DNA of 64,000 nucleotides from Octopus vulgaris (taxonomy: Eukaryota): the NCBI GenBank assembly GCA_951406725.2, contig OX597821.1:27900001-27964000 (forward strand), written 5' to 3'. Below the pieces are notes generated by a model. It saw only the letters and a list, made by a program, of their open reading frames with translations. It was not told where the DNA came from and did no database searches. The translations under genes were made by a program, and so were the position numbers. The number at the start of each line of letters is the position of its first letter. Positions within the stretch are counted from its first letter, which is position 1. Below are positions 25,383-40,601 of this stretch, in pieces.

Positions 25383-26580
25383 GTAAATGCAGGTCAACTT
25401 GGTACCGGTTTCGAAATTTAGCACCAAATAGGTTCCTGATTTCTCATCAGCCAAAGAGTGCCTGCTAAATTACTACTAAAATTCTCCCCCTTCATGCCTA
25501 CAAAGGTTCGTTTGAAGTGACAAAACACTATAGAAACAAACGAAATGTGTACAATTATTTATAAATAAATATAGCGATGGTATCATTAAAATACCATCAC
25601 GAGTGGCAAGCGAATTATCAGCCGTACAGGCAAATTAATAAAATATATACGTACAATATTAGATAAGTACATATATTCACAAGGGTACTACATTAGTACG
25701 TATAACGCTAAAAATAGAAGTTAAAATACTTCTGTACCACCGAATACTCACAAAATTATTAAATATATGGTAGGAAAAACTATCAGTGAACAATAATAAT
25801 GCCTTACATCTACTGGGTCAGAACAAGTAAATGCTGGTCAACTTGGCACCGGTTTCGAAATTTAGCGCCAGATAGGTGCCTGATTTCCTAGTAGCCAAAG
25901 TCTTCCAGCTAAATTACTACTAACATTCTCCCCCATCATGCCTGCAAAAGTTTGTTTGAAGTGACCAAGCACTAAAGGAAGGAATGAAATGTGTAAAATT
26001 ATTTATAAATAAATATAGGGATGGTATTTTTTCTTCTATTTTTAGCGATGTAGGTACCCATGCAGTATCCTTGTGTATATATGTACATATCTAATATTGT
26101 ATGTATATTGTTTTATATTTATTTCCCTATACGGCTGATAATTCGCTTGCCACTCGTGATGGTATTTTAATAATACCATCGCTATATTTATGTATAAATA
26201 ATTTTACACATTTCGTTTGTTCCTATAGTGCTCGGTCACTTCAAACCAACTTTTGCAGACATGATGGAGGAAAGTTTTAGTAGTAATTTAACTGGCAGAC
26301 TTAGACAGATGAGAAATCAGTCACATATTTGGCACTAAAGTTGACGAGCATTTACTAGTTCTGACCCAGTAGAGGTAAGACATTATTATTGTTCACTGAT
26401 ATTTTTCCTATCGTGTCTGCGATAGTTTTAGGACTATTCGGTGGTACAGAAATATTTTTGACATCAATTTTTAGAGGTTTAGGTACTCATGTTATATTGT
26501 ATGTATATATTTTATTAATTTGCCTGTACGGCTGATAATTCGGTTGCCTCTCGTGATAGTATCTTAATAATACCATCCCT
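25383..26580. mobile_element. Hammerhead-containing 444-bp unit in direct and inverted copies (retrozyme/Penelope pLTR-like)
   Basis: 25383-26028 is about 1.45 tandem units (CTTGG at 25398 and 25842). 26030-26580 is an inverted, permuted stretch longer than one unit. Ends at (TA)n. Confidence 0.85.
25398..25456 (-). ncRNA. Minimal type-I hammerhead ribozyme, core intact
   Basis: Minus strand: tttgg-CTGATGA-GAAAT..ATTTC-GAAA-CCGG-TA-ccaag. Stem I TTGG/CCAA, palindromic stem III ACCGGT, GUA triplet. Confidence 0.82.
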
Positions 26581-27895
26581 ATATATATATATGGGGGCGG
26601 GGTCTATGAGGGTTTGCAAGTGTATGTGTAACTTTTCAGTAAGTTTCTATATCTAGATGTATATATGTATACACACACAGACACACAATTTACACATCAC
26701 ACGACTACCTCATACCCCATGTGTTTTAAGCAATTAGTAAGCTCGGAATGCCCACATGGAAACAGGCACCTATATGTCTGTGGCTTTCGACTCACTAAAA
26801 TTACCCAAAATTTGCAAACTTTACAATCTATTAACAAGCAAATTATTAATAGCTATAAATTTCATGTCAATGATTACCATACAAAACTACACCAGTGCAC
26901 TCAATCTGAATTCATTTGGAACAAAAGCTGAGACAAATTGGAAGATGGGAGACTAATAGAAAAGGCCCTTCTTATTTTTACCTTTTTATTTGTTTACTTT
27001 TATTCTTTCCACTCTTGTCCTATTTATTCTTGGGTTTATAATCTTTCTAGTAACATTTTTAACAATGTCCTCTAACTTTACCAATTTACGCTGCACAAAC
27101 TGTGCTCATTATCCCATTTTATCATAATTCAAGGGGTTGAAAGATGCTAAATTCAAGATATCGTATTTATTTAGATTTTTTTTCATCCACTATAGTCATT
27201 GGCTTAAACCATACTACATATATTTATCAGTGCTAACTCTGATTACTGAAAATTCTGTTCAGTATAAATTCATTCTGTTTGAGTATTGCTGACTTGCGAA
27301 CTTTTATCATCGTGTATTGCTATGTATGATCCGGCTGTCAGCCTTGTCCTAGCAAGCTCTTGAGACTAGAAAAGCCATCAAGCAGAGATTACTTGTCACT
27401 GGTAGAGAGGAAGATCCTTGATCTTGATTTGATGGTTGTTCCATTATGGGAGTGTCATTTATCATTCCCTTTGCATACATTTTTAACCCATAAACATACC
27501 TTTGTGTATTTGTAAGTCATCAGATTTTCCTCAAATGAATACGTGAGAAAAATGGCATATGTATCTCAGTTTATTAAAACAAATTCTTGCTGAAGGCCAG
27601 AAAATACTAATATTATCAGATTGAGTAATAATTTAGACTGTCTGTTGCTACTGAGTCAAATTAAAAGACTGGTACATTTTTCCAGTGTCCATTCCTTCGA
27701 AGGATTATTTGTTTAACAAACAGATTGCACTTTATATTTTATCATACATCAGTGTCATTCTCCATCAATTTAGTCCGATCTCTTAAACGGCAATGCTGTT
27801 AACATTGAAATTGAAAAGATGTCTGTTCACACAGAAGAGGTTCTCTGAAAAATATAGAATATTAAAGCTGTCCAATAATTGGGTTGGAAAGATAT

Positions 27896-28046
<151 letters not shown>

Positions 28047-28690
28047 CGCACACACACACGTACAAACACACATCTATATGCGTGTGTGTTTGTGTGTATG
28101 CATGTGACTGCAAGAGTGCATTTATGTAAGAATATTTATATGTCCATACATCAATGGCTATCTTTTTCTTCCCTCAGTTTTATTTCTTTTTCTCTGTCTA
28201 TATCTTCGTTCCTCTTACATCTCTGCCGCCCATTCGCCAATCTACTCTCTCTTTCTTTGGCTTATTGCAACAAATCTTCATACTTTATATTGGAAAGTAA
28301 TAAATTATTTGTAGGCCGATATCATACATAAACTAGTCTGGCGTTATGTGAACTGTTGCAGAAATGTTATATTTTCATAGAACTTCTGGCTTGTTTATAA
28401 TGAGATATTGCTGTGATATGAAAGTCTGACTCCAAAATTGTGATAAATTATTGAGTTGCAATGATTGCATTAACTAACAAGATGAATTATTTAGACTTTT
28501 GTTGGTCGTATTTGGTATTGAATAAGATATATATTGTGTCGTATAATGTATTTTCTAGGCGATTTAGCGAATGCTTAACTGTGTTTTGACAGTGCGTGTG
28601 ATTTTTCAATTTTGATTTTAAATATTCATGACAAGTATTGAGTGTGAATTTGAAAATTGCGTATTTCATCCAAGGATATTTTACCTACAG

Positions 28691-28777
28691 ATGTATGAAT
28701 CCGGTGTCGTTTGGAATTTTCCTTGCACCTTTGATGTTTGTTGCATAAACGGATATAACACAAGAGACTTTCTGAAG
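28691..28777 (+). CDS. Candidate isolated 87-bp exon (MYESGVVWNFPCTFDVCCINGYNTRDFLK), product unknown
   Basis: Acceptor TTTTACCTACAG, donor AAG|GTATGT, length divisible by 3, only one open frame, apparently non-repetitive sequence. Confidence 0.3.
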
Positions 28778-29721
28778 GTATGTCTGATTCTAATGCAACA
28801 TTTTAACAGAAACACTCAACAATAAATGAGGAGGGATGGAAAATAGCATATTAGCGATATATGTATACGTAAACCATATCCAGTATGGTTGATGTAATAT
28901 CAATACCCTTGAACTCATATTAAAGTTTCAGTACAATGCAGAATTTATTAATAATAATGCAATATTCGCAATTACAACTCGATGAGACATGTGAAAAGTA
29001 GAAAGGTAGGTAAAACAGTAACTGTTATAATTATATTGCACATTTTTTATTCACAAAATATGCATAAGGTAGGATCTAAATAACGGTACGAGACTGGTGA
29101 AGTTGACAGATTTAACGTGTCGCTTAAATTTATGCTGGCTGATACTTGAAGGGAGAACAACGAGAAATTTCAGGGCTAGATAGATGTTAATGCAATGGTT
29201 CAAACAAAATGTTCAAGAATAAGGTTTGTATAGGACAATACTAGTTTTGTGCGGGTATTGTTGAAATAAGACACTACATTGTATACTGATTCTCACACAG
29301 AGTGAGAGGTCAGTATGATCTAGCAAATGACTTCAAATATTCACCTGAAGAAACACATATTACACTTTTAATGGATGATACTGATTACACAATATATTAA
29401 TTAGTGTTAATCATATCGTTTCCCAATGTACTATGCGTGTAGCCATGTCTGAGAACAATTGTAATGAATTTATGTAGAGAGTGGCATTCTATCCAGTATC
29501 TATTTATTCATCTATGAATATAAACACTACGGACATTATAGAATTCCTGATGTATAACCACTAACAAAACCTTTGTCACTGTATGAAGTTATCAGGTAAC
29601 CAATAACTGTGGAAGGGCTTTGCATAGCATACCGCACGATTTTTACTAAAATGCTGCATGAATGTATGTATTATTTATATATACATACTTATATACATAT
29701 AATACATACATGTATACATAC

Positions 29722-29857
<136 letters not shown>

Positions 29858-31231
29858 TATAACGTAAATTATGTACTGCACTACACAAATAAGACATAAA
29901 TCAAGAGACGAAATTGCTTTACATTATATAAATATTTATGGATTCCTTAGAGCTTATTCCCGTAATTCTTAGAAATGGACGAGTAACTACGTATCCAAAT
30001 ATTCAAAAATTAATAAAATATTTATCATTTTCCCTATTTCAATGTAAATTTTAAGCCGGCATTCTATATAATTTTTATATCCCTGGTGTATCTTTGTTTG
30101 TTTGTGCGCAAGTATGTTGTTTTGCTATCTTATTTTTTGAAGTAAACATATGCGTCTATGTTTATCTCTGTGTATTTTTATGCTGCGTTTTGTACATATG
30201 AATGCGAGGCTTATATTATATTCATCTTATATACGTGAATACTGGTCTATATATCAATGAAGTAAATGCAATTAAATCTGTATTATCATTATATGTCTTC
30301 GGATTATCTGTTTACAAACAAATTTGAATAAAATTTCATGGTAGAAGACGAAAAACTACAACATTCAAAATACCCAATAAGACTGTCTAGATAGGAAATG
30401 TCCAAAGCTATAATCATTTCAATTTTATTTTCGTTCAATTATTTCTTTCTCCATTAGATTTTAGTTTTCTCTCTGTGTTTTGTCTGTGTTTCATTATATT
30501 TTCTTTCTTTCTGGTTTTGTTTTATATATTTCTTTATTTCATCTTTCAGTTTTATATGATGAAAACTGATTTAGCTTTGATATTATACAGAGATCTCATC
30601 CGCTTCCAATACTGAACAAAAGAATCGATATTTTTTATGATATGATTTAACAATATACAAGCTGGAACAGAATACAACATGAAACAATAGTCTTCAATCT
30701 TGAATATGCAATGACATGTTTCTTTCATATAACAAAGAATTTTATATCAATAAATACCTTATTAGTGAGATACTCTAGCCTCAAAGAAAGATATAATTTC
30801 CGAATAGAATAACTCTGATACGAATATTATGTTCAATACATGGAAGCAATATATACACATACATACATGGCACAGAATGAATTTATACTGAACAAAATTT
30901 TCACTAATCAGAGCTATATATACACACACACACAAGCATATACATATATATATATGAATAGACAGATAAATATATATGTATATGTACACACGCAGATTAT
31001 ATATGTGTGTGTGTGTTTGTATGTGTGCTTGTATGTAAGTGTGTGTGTATGAACATATACGTATGACCGCATGTGATTGTGTGCGTTTGAGTATTAGATT
31101 AGTGCGTGCTTAGATGTTTTCTTTTGTACCTATATTTTGGAAATATATATTTCTATATAATAAATGTGTACTTCGATCCCAAACTACATTTTTCTCTTTA
31201 CCTATCTAATAATTTGTCTATCTCTCCCTCC

Positions 31232-31359
<128 letters not shown>

Positions 31360-31613
31360 CCATGTATCTATCAACCTATCTATCTATCAAATTTTATCTA
31401 ACCGTGTATATATACGTATATATATTATAATGTATATTATAACGTATATAACGGTAATATCATAAACGTAATAATAAGATCACACATATATGTGGGTCTG
31501 TATACATAACATACCTGTTTATTGAACCTGCTATGTGGGATTACGTTTTAAGGTGGCTGATCTGCAATGCAAGATTATGTTAATAACAACTGTTGCACAG
31601 TTGCTCAAAATGG

Positions 31614-31780
31614 TTTTGGTGTGTTTACGCCCCCATAACTTAGGGGTTCGGCAAAAGAGACCGATAGAATAAGTACTAGGCTTGCAAAGAATAATTTCTG
31701 CGGTCGATTTACCCGACTCAAGACGGTGCTCCAGCATGACTGTTTTAAAATAACTGAAATAAATAAAAGAATAAATAAAC
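31614..31780 (+). mobile_element. 3' half of CORE-like SINE, tandem to the next copy
   Basis: GGTGTGTTTACG..AAGAGACCGATAGAATAAGTACTAGG..GGTGCTCCAGCATG. Confidence 0.82.
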
Positions 31781-31796
31781 AAAAATAATATCCATA

Positions 31797-31963
31797 GGCG
31801 TAGGAGTGTTTGTGTGGTAAGTAGCTTGCTTACCAACCACATGGTTCCGGGTTCAGTCCCACTGCGTGGCACCTTGGTCGAGTGTCTTCTACTACAGCCT
31901 CGGACCGACCAAAGCCTTGTGAGTGGATTTGGTAGACGGAAACTGAAAGAAGCCCGTCGTATA

Positions 31964-32016
<53 letters not shown>

Positions 32017-32235
32017 GTATGTGTGTCTGTGTTTGTCCCTACAACATCGCTTGACAACCGATGTTGGTGTGTTTACGTCCCAGTAACTTAGCGGTTCGGC
32101 CCAAGAGACTGATAGAATAAGTACTAGGCTTACAAAGAATAAGTCCTGGGTCGATTTGGTCGACTAAAGGTGGTGCTCCAGCAAGGCCATAGTGGAATGA
32201 CTGAAACAAGTAAAAGAGAAAAGAGTAAAAGAGTA
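31797..32235 (+). mobile_element. Full-length CORE-like tRNA-SINE with internal (TA)n
   Basis: tRNA-like head (GGTTCAGTCCC), CACCTTGG...AGTGTCTTCTACTA core, (GTAAAAGA)n-like tail. Confidence 0.9.
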
Positions 32236-33195
32236 ATACATATATTCCTGTATACATACATGCATATATACATAATTCTTCACACGTTTGAATGAGAAAA
32301 ACAAGATCATGTAACAATGTTAAATGGAAGCAGGCATTTCTAATCTGCAAACCACAATGCTATGAACAGAGATGAGAGCAGTTTTATTTTATTTTCATAC
32401 TTCCAACTTTCATATCCATGTATCACAAACAATCTCCACTTGAATTATCTCGTGTCTTTACATAACGCTTGAAACACTGAAAAGTTGAAAATTAACTTAG
32501 CATATTTCTGGGATAACATCAACGTTTTGATAGCATCAACATATTTCGTGTTTGTGATTGGGCAGGAAATACATTTATTGTTGTCGTGTGCCTGTGAACG
32601 CAGTCATTGTAGCCGTATCTGTAATAACAAGACTCTAATAATAATTGTTCAATGCAGGCCTGCTTCCCAACCACATAGTTCCTGGCTGTTTTCTTTCGGT
32701 TCACCAAAGACGTGTTTAGTGAATTAGTAAATAGCCATGTTATGCAACCCCGAAAAACTGACTCAAAAGCCAGAATCATTAGACGGTAGCGAGCATAATG
32801 AAATAGGAGTTTTATATGCATGTCCTTAACTTTGACATAAACAAATTTAAAAGATACACAAGTACACAAACACACACACTTACACACACACATATATATA
32901 TAGTACAAAGTAAGATAGGGGTTATGGGGGTGACCCACTATGGGATATCAGTTATCCAATATGCTGCTACAATGGAGTTGAGCAATTTAAGTTGGATTGT
33001 CTCTTGACCATAGGCTGAAACAGCTGTAAGGAGCATTTTATTTGTATTAATTTTATTGTATTATTAATTTGCATATTGATGTATATGGTTTTGTTCGATT
33101 TTCATGTTCATATATGTATAATTAATAAATAATATGAAATTGTAATATCCGTAAGTTGATGATCGAAATGAATTTGTTCCTCCCTTTTCTTATTT

Positions 33196-33249
<54 letters not shown>

Positions 33250-33898
33250 CATGTGATATTAGCCACTAAGTGCAGTCTTAATTTTAGGTTGCTCACTACT
33301 ATTTCCTTTTAGGGTGTTTATTGTTGAAAGATAAAGTGATAGAACGATAAACTGAAAGGCAAAGCACGTAGCGATACTACACTGTTGGTTTCGGGTGTTG
33401 TGTGTTAATTTGCCGTTTTTCTTTTCTTTTAATTTAAAAAAAATGCTCATTCTATTATTTTGTGTGTGTGTGTGCGTGTCTTTCTGTCAGTACTTGTCTC
33501 CCATCACCACTTGCCAAACGGTGTTGATGCGTCTCCAATCAACGCTCTGCTTGACAACCTATGTTGCTGTGTCTCCAAACACAGCGCGACAACCGGTCTT
33601 GGTGTATTCACGTCTCCGTAACATAGAGGGTTATGTTTAAGTGACCTATATAATAAGTACCAGACTTTATAAAAGAGCAGGTCCGCAGGCTAATGATTAA
33701 AACAATTAAAATATAAAAGATATTCTAATTAGACTAATTAATCAGTCATTCGATAGTTTTGAAACTATTTCTGCATGACGTTACATCATAGTGTCATACA
33801 GTGGTTTGCGGTTGTGTGTGATGGCTTCTTATTCTTATCGTGTAACTTTGTATGTATGCGAGGCTTGCAATTACGCTTCTACTCACTGTTCAAGTATA

Positions 33899-34743
33899 CG
33901 AGGGAGTACCCAAAATTAACCAGAAACATTCTCTGTGGCAACAGTCTACCTCAGGCAACAGTCTACCGGCTGGCATCGATGTGTGGGTAAATACTGCACT
34001 CGGTGCGTCTTTGTTTTGTAATGTTTCTCTCCTATTCGTCTATGTTTACGTTGCTGAAACAAAAGAACTGCATACATCCGTGAAATTCTGTTTTCTGTCG
34101 GGGAAAATGTCTGCCGAAACAGTTGACATACTTCAAACAGCTTAGAAGGGCGCTGCCATGAACAAAGCATTAGTTTACGAGTGGTTTCCACGCTTTAGGA
34201 ATGGTCACTTGTTGCTTGAGGACCAATGTCATTCACAGCGACCGTCGACCCCCCAAATAAATGAAAACGTCATGAAAAATAATGAACTCATCTTGGGAAA
34301 CCGTCACACAATTGACGAATATGTTGGTGTGTCCTGGGGCTCCTGCCAATGAGTTATGAGCGAGGAATTGCGAATGAAAACAGTTACAGCAAAATTTGTG
34401 CCTCGCCTGCTCACGGAGGGTCAAAAGCAGTGACTATTGTATGGCTTTCGTGAACTGAAAGAACAGCTGGAAGATGACCCGGTACTTTTTACGAAGATCA
34501 TAATTGGTAACGAAAGCTAGTACTACGGAATTTGAAGAGGTGGAAAAGGTGAAGAAAGAACGATGTAGGCGTTAAAATGTATCACTTTTCAAGAGTCTCA
34601 GAATTGCTTCAAATAGTGGATAACGAGTCTGGACCGATGCATTCAAATAGAGAATACTTGGAAGGGAATAAAGGTGTAAACATGGAAAACTAAGTGAATA
34701 AAATAATAATGCATATTTCCGGTTTCTTTTGTGTACTACCTTG
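33899..34743 (+). mobile_element. Internally deleted mariner transposon relic
   Basis: TA TSDs and imperfect ~28-bp TIRs. Translation VKFCFLSGKMSAET..VYEWFPRFRNG..AKFVPRLL is a mariner HTH/linker. Confidence 0.88.
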
Positions 34744-34809
34744 TACTTTGCATTTCTGCAAAATATATAACTTTTGAAATTTTGTAACTTGTTGGGTGTT
34801 TACATTTTA

Positions 34810-35147
34810 TCCTTTATCATTTAATTGGATCAGTCATGAGACTGCGGCCATACTGGGATAATACCTTGAAGAATCTTCAGTCGAATGGTAAGTTAAGTTA
34901 GGGTGTGGAGGGTAAACATACCGGCACCAGTTGTCGAGTGGAGGCAGGGGAAAAACACAGACACAAAGACACACATGTATATGTACGACGGGCCTCTTTC
35001 CGTTACCGTACAGCACAATCACTTACAAGGTCTTAGTCGGCCTGAAGCTGTAGAAGACAACTGCTCGAGGTTCCACACAGTGGGATTGAACCCGGAACCA
35101 TGTGATTGGGCAGTAAGTTTCTTGCCACAGAACCAAGACAGCGCCTA
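34810..35147 (-). mobile_element. Diverged CORE-like SINE
   Basis: Reverse complement similarity to 31797-32235. Confidence 0.78.
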
Positions 35148-35257
35148 TGTGTTCTAAAATGCTTCAGTAAATATGTTTGATCCCAATGACTAACCATATC
35201 ATATGCATATTAAATATTTACATCAAATTCTTTGGTAGTTAAACTTAGGCTAAATTA

Positions 35258-36439
35258 TTACGTTGGCAAGTATAAAATTTGTAGTAAGGTATTTGGTCAA
35301 CTTTGACTGTTGCTAATTTTCTGCCGTTATTATATTTTGACAATCTTTATTTTTTGTTAGAAAGCTGACACCATCATTAAAAGAAAAATCTACCTCATTT
35401 TGCGCTTTATAATGTATTTATATATTGTTATTCGCTATTTTTCTTTAAGTCGGAAATTCATACTGTTCTGAAATTGGTGTTCTTTCTTGGAATTACAGCA
35501 TCACAGACAGCTCAAAATATTAAATGGAGTATTTCATTCTAATGTTATTACGCCGCAGACTGTATCAAATTTCGTTCTGTTAAAATCGACCTTACAAACG
35601 AGCAACGCGGTCGACCAGAAACACAGGTCATAATGACGAACTAAAAGCCACCGTCGAGTCAGATCCATCTCAAAGTGTCCGCGAATTATCGTTGCTGTTT
35701 GGTGATATCAAGGAAACAATATTGTCTCACCTACTTCAAATCGGTAAAACGAAAAAGTTGGATAAGTGGGTTCGATATGAACTCAACAAAAATCAGAAAC
35801 AACGTTTGGAAGCCTGCACTGTGCTAATTTCTCGTCACAAAAATACATCACTTTTGAATCGAATTGTAACATTTGATGAGAAATGTATCCAATACAACAA
35901 CCGTAAATGACCAGCACAATGGTTGGACAAAGACGATCCACCGAAACTGTCCAAACAGCGAAATTCACCAAAAGAAGCTGATGGTATGTGTTTGATCGTC
36001 TGTTGCTGGTGTGATCCATTATGATTTCCTTAAACCTGGCCCATCAATCACGCCCGGAGTATATTGCAGCCACTGGACCAAATGATGCACAAACTTAGAA
36101 AAGAACAACCTAGATTAGTCATCAGAGCCATTCCTATTTTATTTTAACGCAACTCCAGACCACACATCGCGAAACTACAGGAGTTAGAATTGGAAGTTTT
36201 CATCCACCATACTCACCTGATATTGCCACCACTGACTACCACTTCTTCCAGAATTTGGATAACTTTTGATAGGAAAAAACATTCTTTCCGACGATGCTGT
36301 AAAACAGGCCCCCCAAGATTTCATTCACTCTAGATTGCCAGGCTTTTACAGTTCATATTTTGGTGAATAAAACTAGTCATTTTATTTATAAAAGATTAGC
36401 AAACTTTTTTTTCTACAAATTTCTTACCTGACGACCAAA
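35258..36439 (+). mobile_element. Near full-length decayed mariner (Hsmar1/cecropia-like, inferred)
   Basis: KKLDKWVRYEL..RIVTFDEK and HPPYSPDIATTDYHFF motifs, degenerate TIRs ending AAATTTGTAG, TA flanks. Confidence 0.9.
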
Positions 36440-37009
36440 TAAATAATCCAAGCATCTGATATTTTACTGCAGAGTGAGTGGCTGAATAAATTTAATCTAC
36501 GTACGACTGGGGAGTGCCGTTTCCCAATGGAAAAACACTGGAACAAAGGTTACTATTTAATAGAGCAGATGTTTGCATTTCATAGGGAGATGTTATTGAA
36601 TGGGATGCTGTTTGAATTACGAAATGCTGCTTTTGCTTCTCAATAGATAAGGGGGTTTGTTGGCTTATTGGTAACAGGTTTCAATCTGACATTCCGTTGA
36701 GATTCCATGCAGTTGTAGTCTGTTAAAATTTGCATGACGACAGAAGAAAAGGAATTTTCAATTTATTTGCGTCGTTTTATTAAAAATATCTAAAATTTCT
36801 CTTTAAAATTTTATAAATAGAATCAACTAAAATGTTGGATATTGTAGCTAATATCCAATTAATTGTTGGCGTTCTAACAATATGAACATTCAAAAGGTTT
36901 ATATATGTACACACACGCCCACACACACATACACACAGACACGCACAAATACATGCATACACACAAGTATACAGCTCTCTCTCTCACTCTTCCCCTCTCT
37001 CTTTCTCTG

Positions 37010-37116
<107 letters not shown>

Positions 37117-38061
37117 TTACAGAGAGAGAGAGAGGCAGAGAGAGCATATATACGAAAATGTAAAGAAATAAAGTAACAATGGCAATTCCTTTTTCATGCC
37201 TACACAAATATTACATCGAACTTCGATAAAATTTTCGTTGATTACATAGTTTCTGAAAAGAAATATTGCAGTTGATCCTATGGACAATACACCTTTCACG
37301 AAGAATGCGTGCTTTGTATGCTTGAGAGACAAAAAATGGCACCCGTATATGTGTGGGCATGTTTGCGTGCGTGTGTGGATATATTTTCAAAGCAAAATAC
37401 ACATATATACCCACACAGGTGCATGCACGTTGTCATATTAGTAACAACATGTGCTTGTGTTGTGTGCGTATTGTATGTGTGTATGCGCGTACGTGTTTGT
37501 GTGTGTATGTGTGTGTGTGTGCATGTGTGTCTGTGCATATGCATTTTTATGAATAAAAATGAAATGAATATACTGCTAAAGTTTTATAAAGTAATGTGTC
37601 CTGAATGTACAATGCGAGTTTTGGCTGTCAGATAAAGTAGAAGAAATACTACGTAAATTCATTGGGTAGAAAATTTCTAAAATCAATTTTTGCGATGCAT
37701 AAAATATATTTTGTTTGAGATTTTGAAAACAGTTAGTTTGGAGCTATTCACACAAGTTAATATTAAATGCATGGAATATACTATGTACTTTATTGTGTAC
37801 TTTTACGTATCTATTATATATTTACATATATACGTTCCGAAACACGTAAAATGATATAATTTTGCTAATATGTAGGACTGCCTGCTTTCTTTTGACACTA
37901 CATACGGACAAATATTTTACAATTATATCAACATATATTCATATAGAAGCAAATATGTGCCCCAGTATATATTCATACGCACACACATATACATATATAT
38001 GCGTGTATGTATGCGTAAGTATGTCAGTGTGTTTGTCTATGTGCGTATGCTAATATGAATG

Positions 38062-38098
<37 letters not shown>

Positions 38099-38428
38099 CG
38101 ATATGCATATGTGCATGAGCATTTATGTTAAATGTGTGAACATTCATGGTTATAAATGATTATGGCTGAATTATCGTAAAATGCGGGCGTTCATCTGTGT
38201 GTGGTCGAATATAAAAATTTAATATTGAAAGATATTGATTGTATAATCACTAAACATTTACAGCGGCTTCATTAAATGCTATTTATCAAGAACATGACAC
38301 AGTGAAATTATATTTCAATTCAAGATTATTTCTGTTTCGTTGTCACATTACACACTGAATAATTTTCTCCCATTGAAACAGCTTGTATACATACGCCACA
38401 CACACACACACACATATGCAGATATATA

Positions 38429-38476
<48 letters not shown>

Positions 38477-38550
38477 CATACACAGTTATAAATATATATA
38501 TATATAAATACATAATAAATATACACACACATATACATTTATACATACAC

Positions 38551-38668
<118 letters not shown>

Positions 38669-38686
38669 TTCAGAGATTTATTATTG

Positions 38687-38735
<49 letters not shown>

Positions 38736-39479
38736 GTATATATATGTATCAAGAGAAAGAGAGCAAGACAGGGAGAGAAGGGGCATTTTATAGATAGTAA
38801 TAGATTTATCGATATATAGATGTGTAATTTTCTCTTATCTTTTTTCTTGTTTGAATGTTTGTAATGCCACTATATTGACACCAACTTGAAAGAGCTCAGT
38901 TGATCATAACAGCAACAATAATTATTTTCCGTGTGCGGTACGTATCGATCTCCTTCTTTTTGAAAAGGGAAACGAAATTTGAAAATAAAAACCACCAGCG
39001 AATAGTAAATTGAAGTTCTAATTTGAGAGAGCCCGTTAGCAAAATCTATATAGATTGTTTTGTGTTCTGTGTATTGATGCCCTCCCAAAATACAGCGTCC
39101 TTAAAAATTTGTTTGTATTTATATGTATATTATTCCAGGGAGTTTAAAATTCTTCAGTAAAATAATCTCATGTCACTTAGTTACAATTTAAGGATTTCAA
39201 AGTATGCTATTTGAATTCTTACGAACGCCAAGAATTCTAAATTTACGTTGCCACAGAAGTTGTTTGCCAATATAACACGCATTTTCTATAATCAATAAAC
39301 ACATTTTAACGTCGTATTTCCAATTTTACCTATTTACAGACTAGTTTGTTTAGAATTCAACGACATTTTAATCAATATAGACAACTACATTATAAAAAAA
39401 AATACACCGACAACTGAACATCTTGATGCCTTTCATGTTCACTGCGAGAGAACGCAAAGTATTGAAACTAATGTGTTTA

Positions 39480-40010
39480 AAGGCGGCCTATATACGGCAC
39501 CACAGTGACAGCATAGGAAAAAACCTCACTTTGCCCCTCTGTCCACAAAATACTTCGTCGACAGCTCATGAAATTTGGACGTGATGGGAGGACTGCAATT
39601 ACTAAACCTCTCATGTACGCCATGATAAGCGGAAACATTGCTGTCTGGTTTATCAAACATGGTCAGTGGGATAATATCATCACTGAGGAACTTCCGTTCA
39701 TCCTATTTTGAAAATCGGAAATGTTTTAAGTCTGGAGTCGACCCCAAAAAGCCTTCAAGCCCCATGTTTTAGCCTCTAACGGAAAACGTAGAGTTGGATC
39801 TGATAGTATTTTGGAAACCGTATCGTAGACTAAAGAATTATTTAATCACTTTGGACAATCATATGCATCTTATGGTACTCGTTTTTTCCTCGGGTTAGCG
39901 CACTATTCCAGAATGAAAAAGAGTCGACCCACGCGGCTAATAGGTTTCAAAATTTGTACAAAGGCCACAAGGCTACAAGGGCTGCCCCGCTCTCCAAATT
40001 AGGATTTCAA
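39480..40010 (+). pseudogene. Tc1-like transposase relic
   Basis: Broken motifs GRTAITKPL, VWSRPQKAF and ALFQNEKESTHAA (cf. FQQDNAPxH). Confidence 0.55.
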
Positions 40011-40206
40011 TATGCAGTTCATTTCTGGTGCATTTTCTAGCAGTTAGTCAAGAACCGCTTCAATCTGCCAGCGTCACCAAAAGAAATGAAGTAAATCTAT
40101 ATGAAAGTTAGTGCAAAATGCCCCTTACAACATTTCAGAAGGTACCAGGATTTAGTGAAACTATAATTGATTACCCACTTAAAATAACCTGGTATTGAAT
40201 AATAAC

Positions 40207-40456
<250 letters not shown>

Positions 40457-40466
40457 GATGATGATG

Positions 40467-40567
<101 letters not shown>

Positions 40568-40601
40568 AAGAAGAAGAAGAAGAAGAAGAAGAAGAAGAAG
40601 A

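Noticed and set aside
25383-26580. CRISPR-like or simple satellite array
   Set aside because: No short repeat with unique spacers; only about 1.5 units plus an inversion; eukaryotic context.
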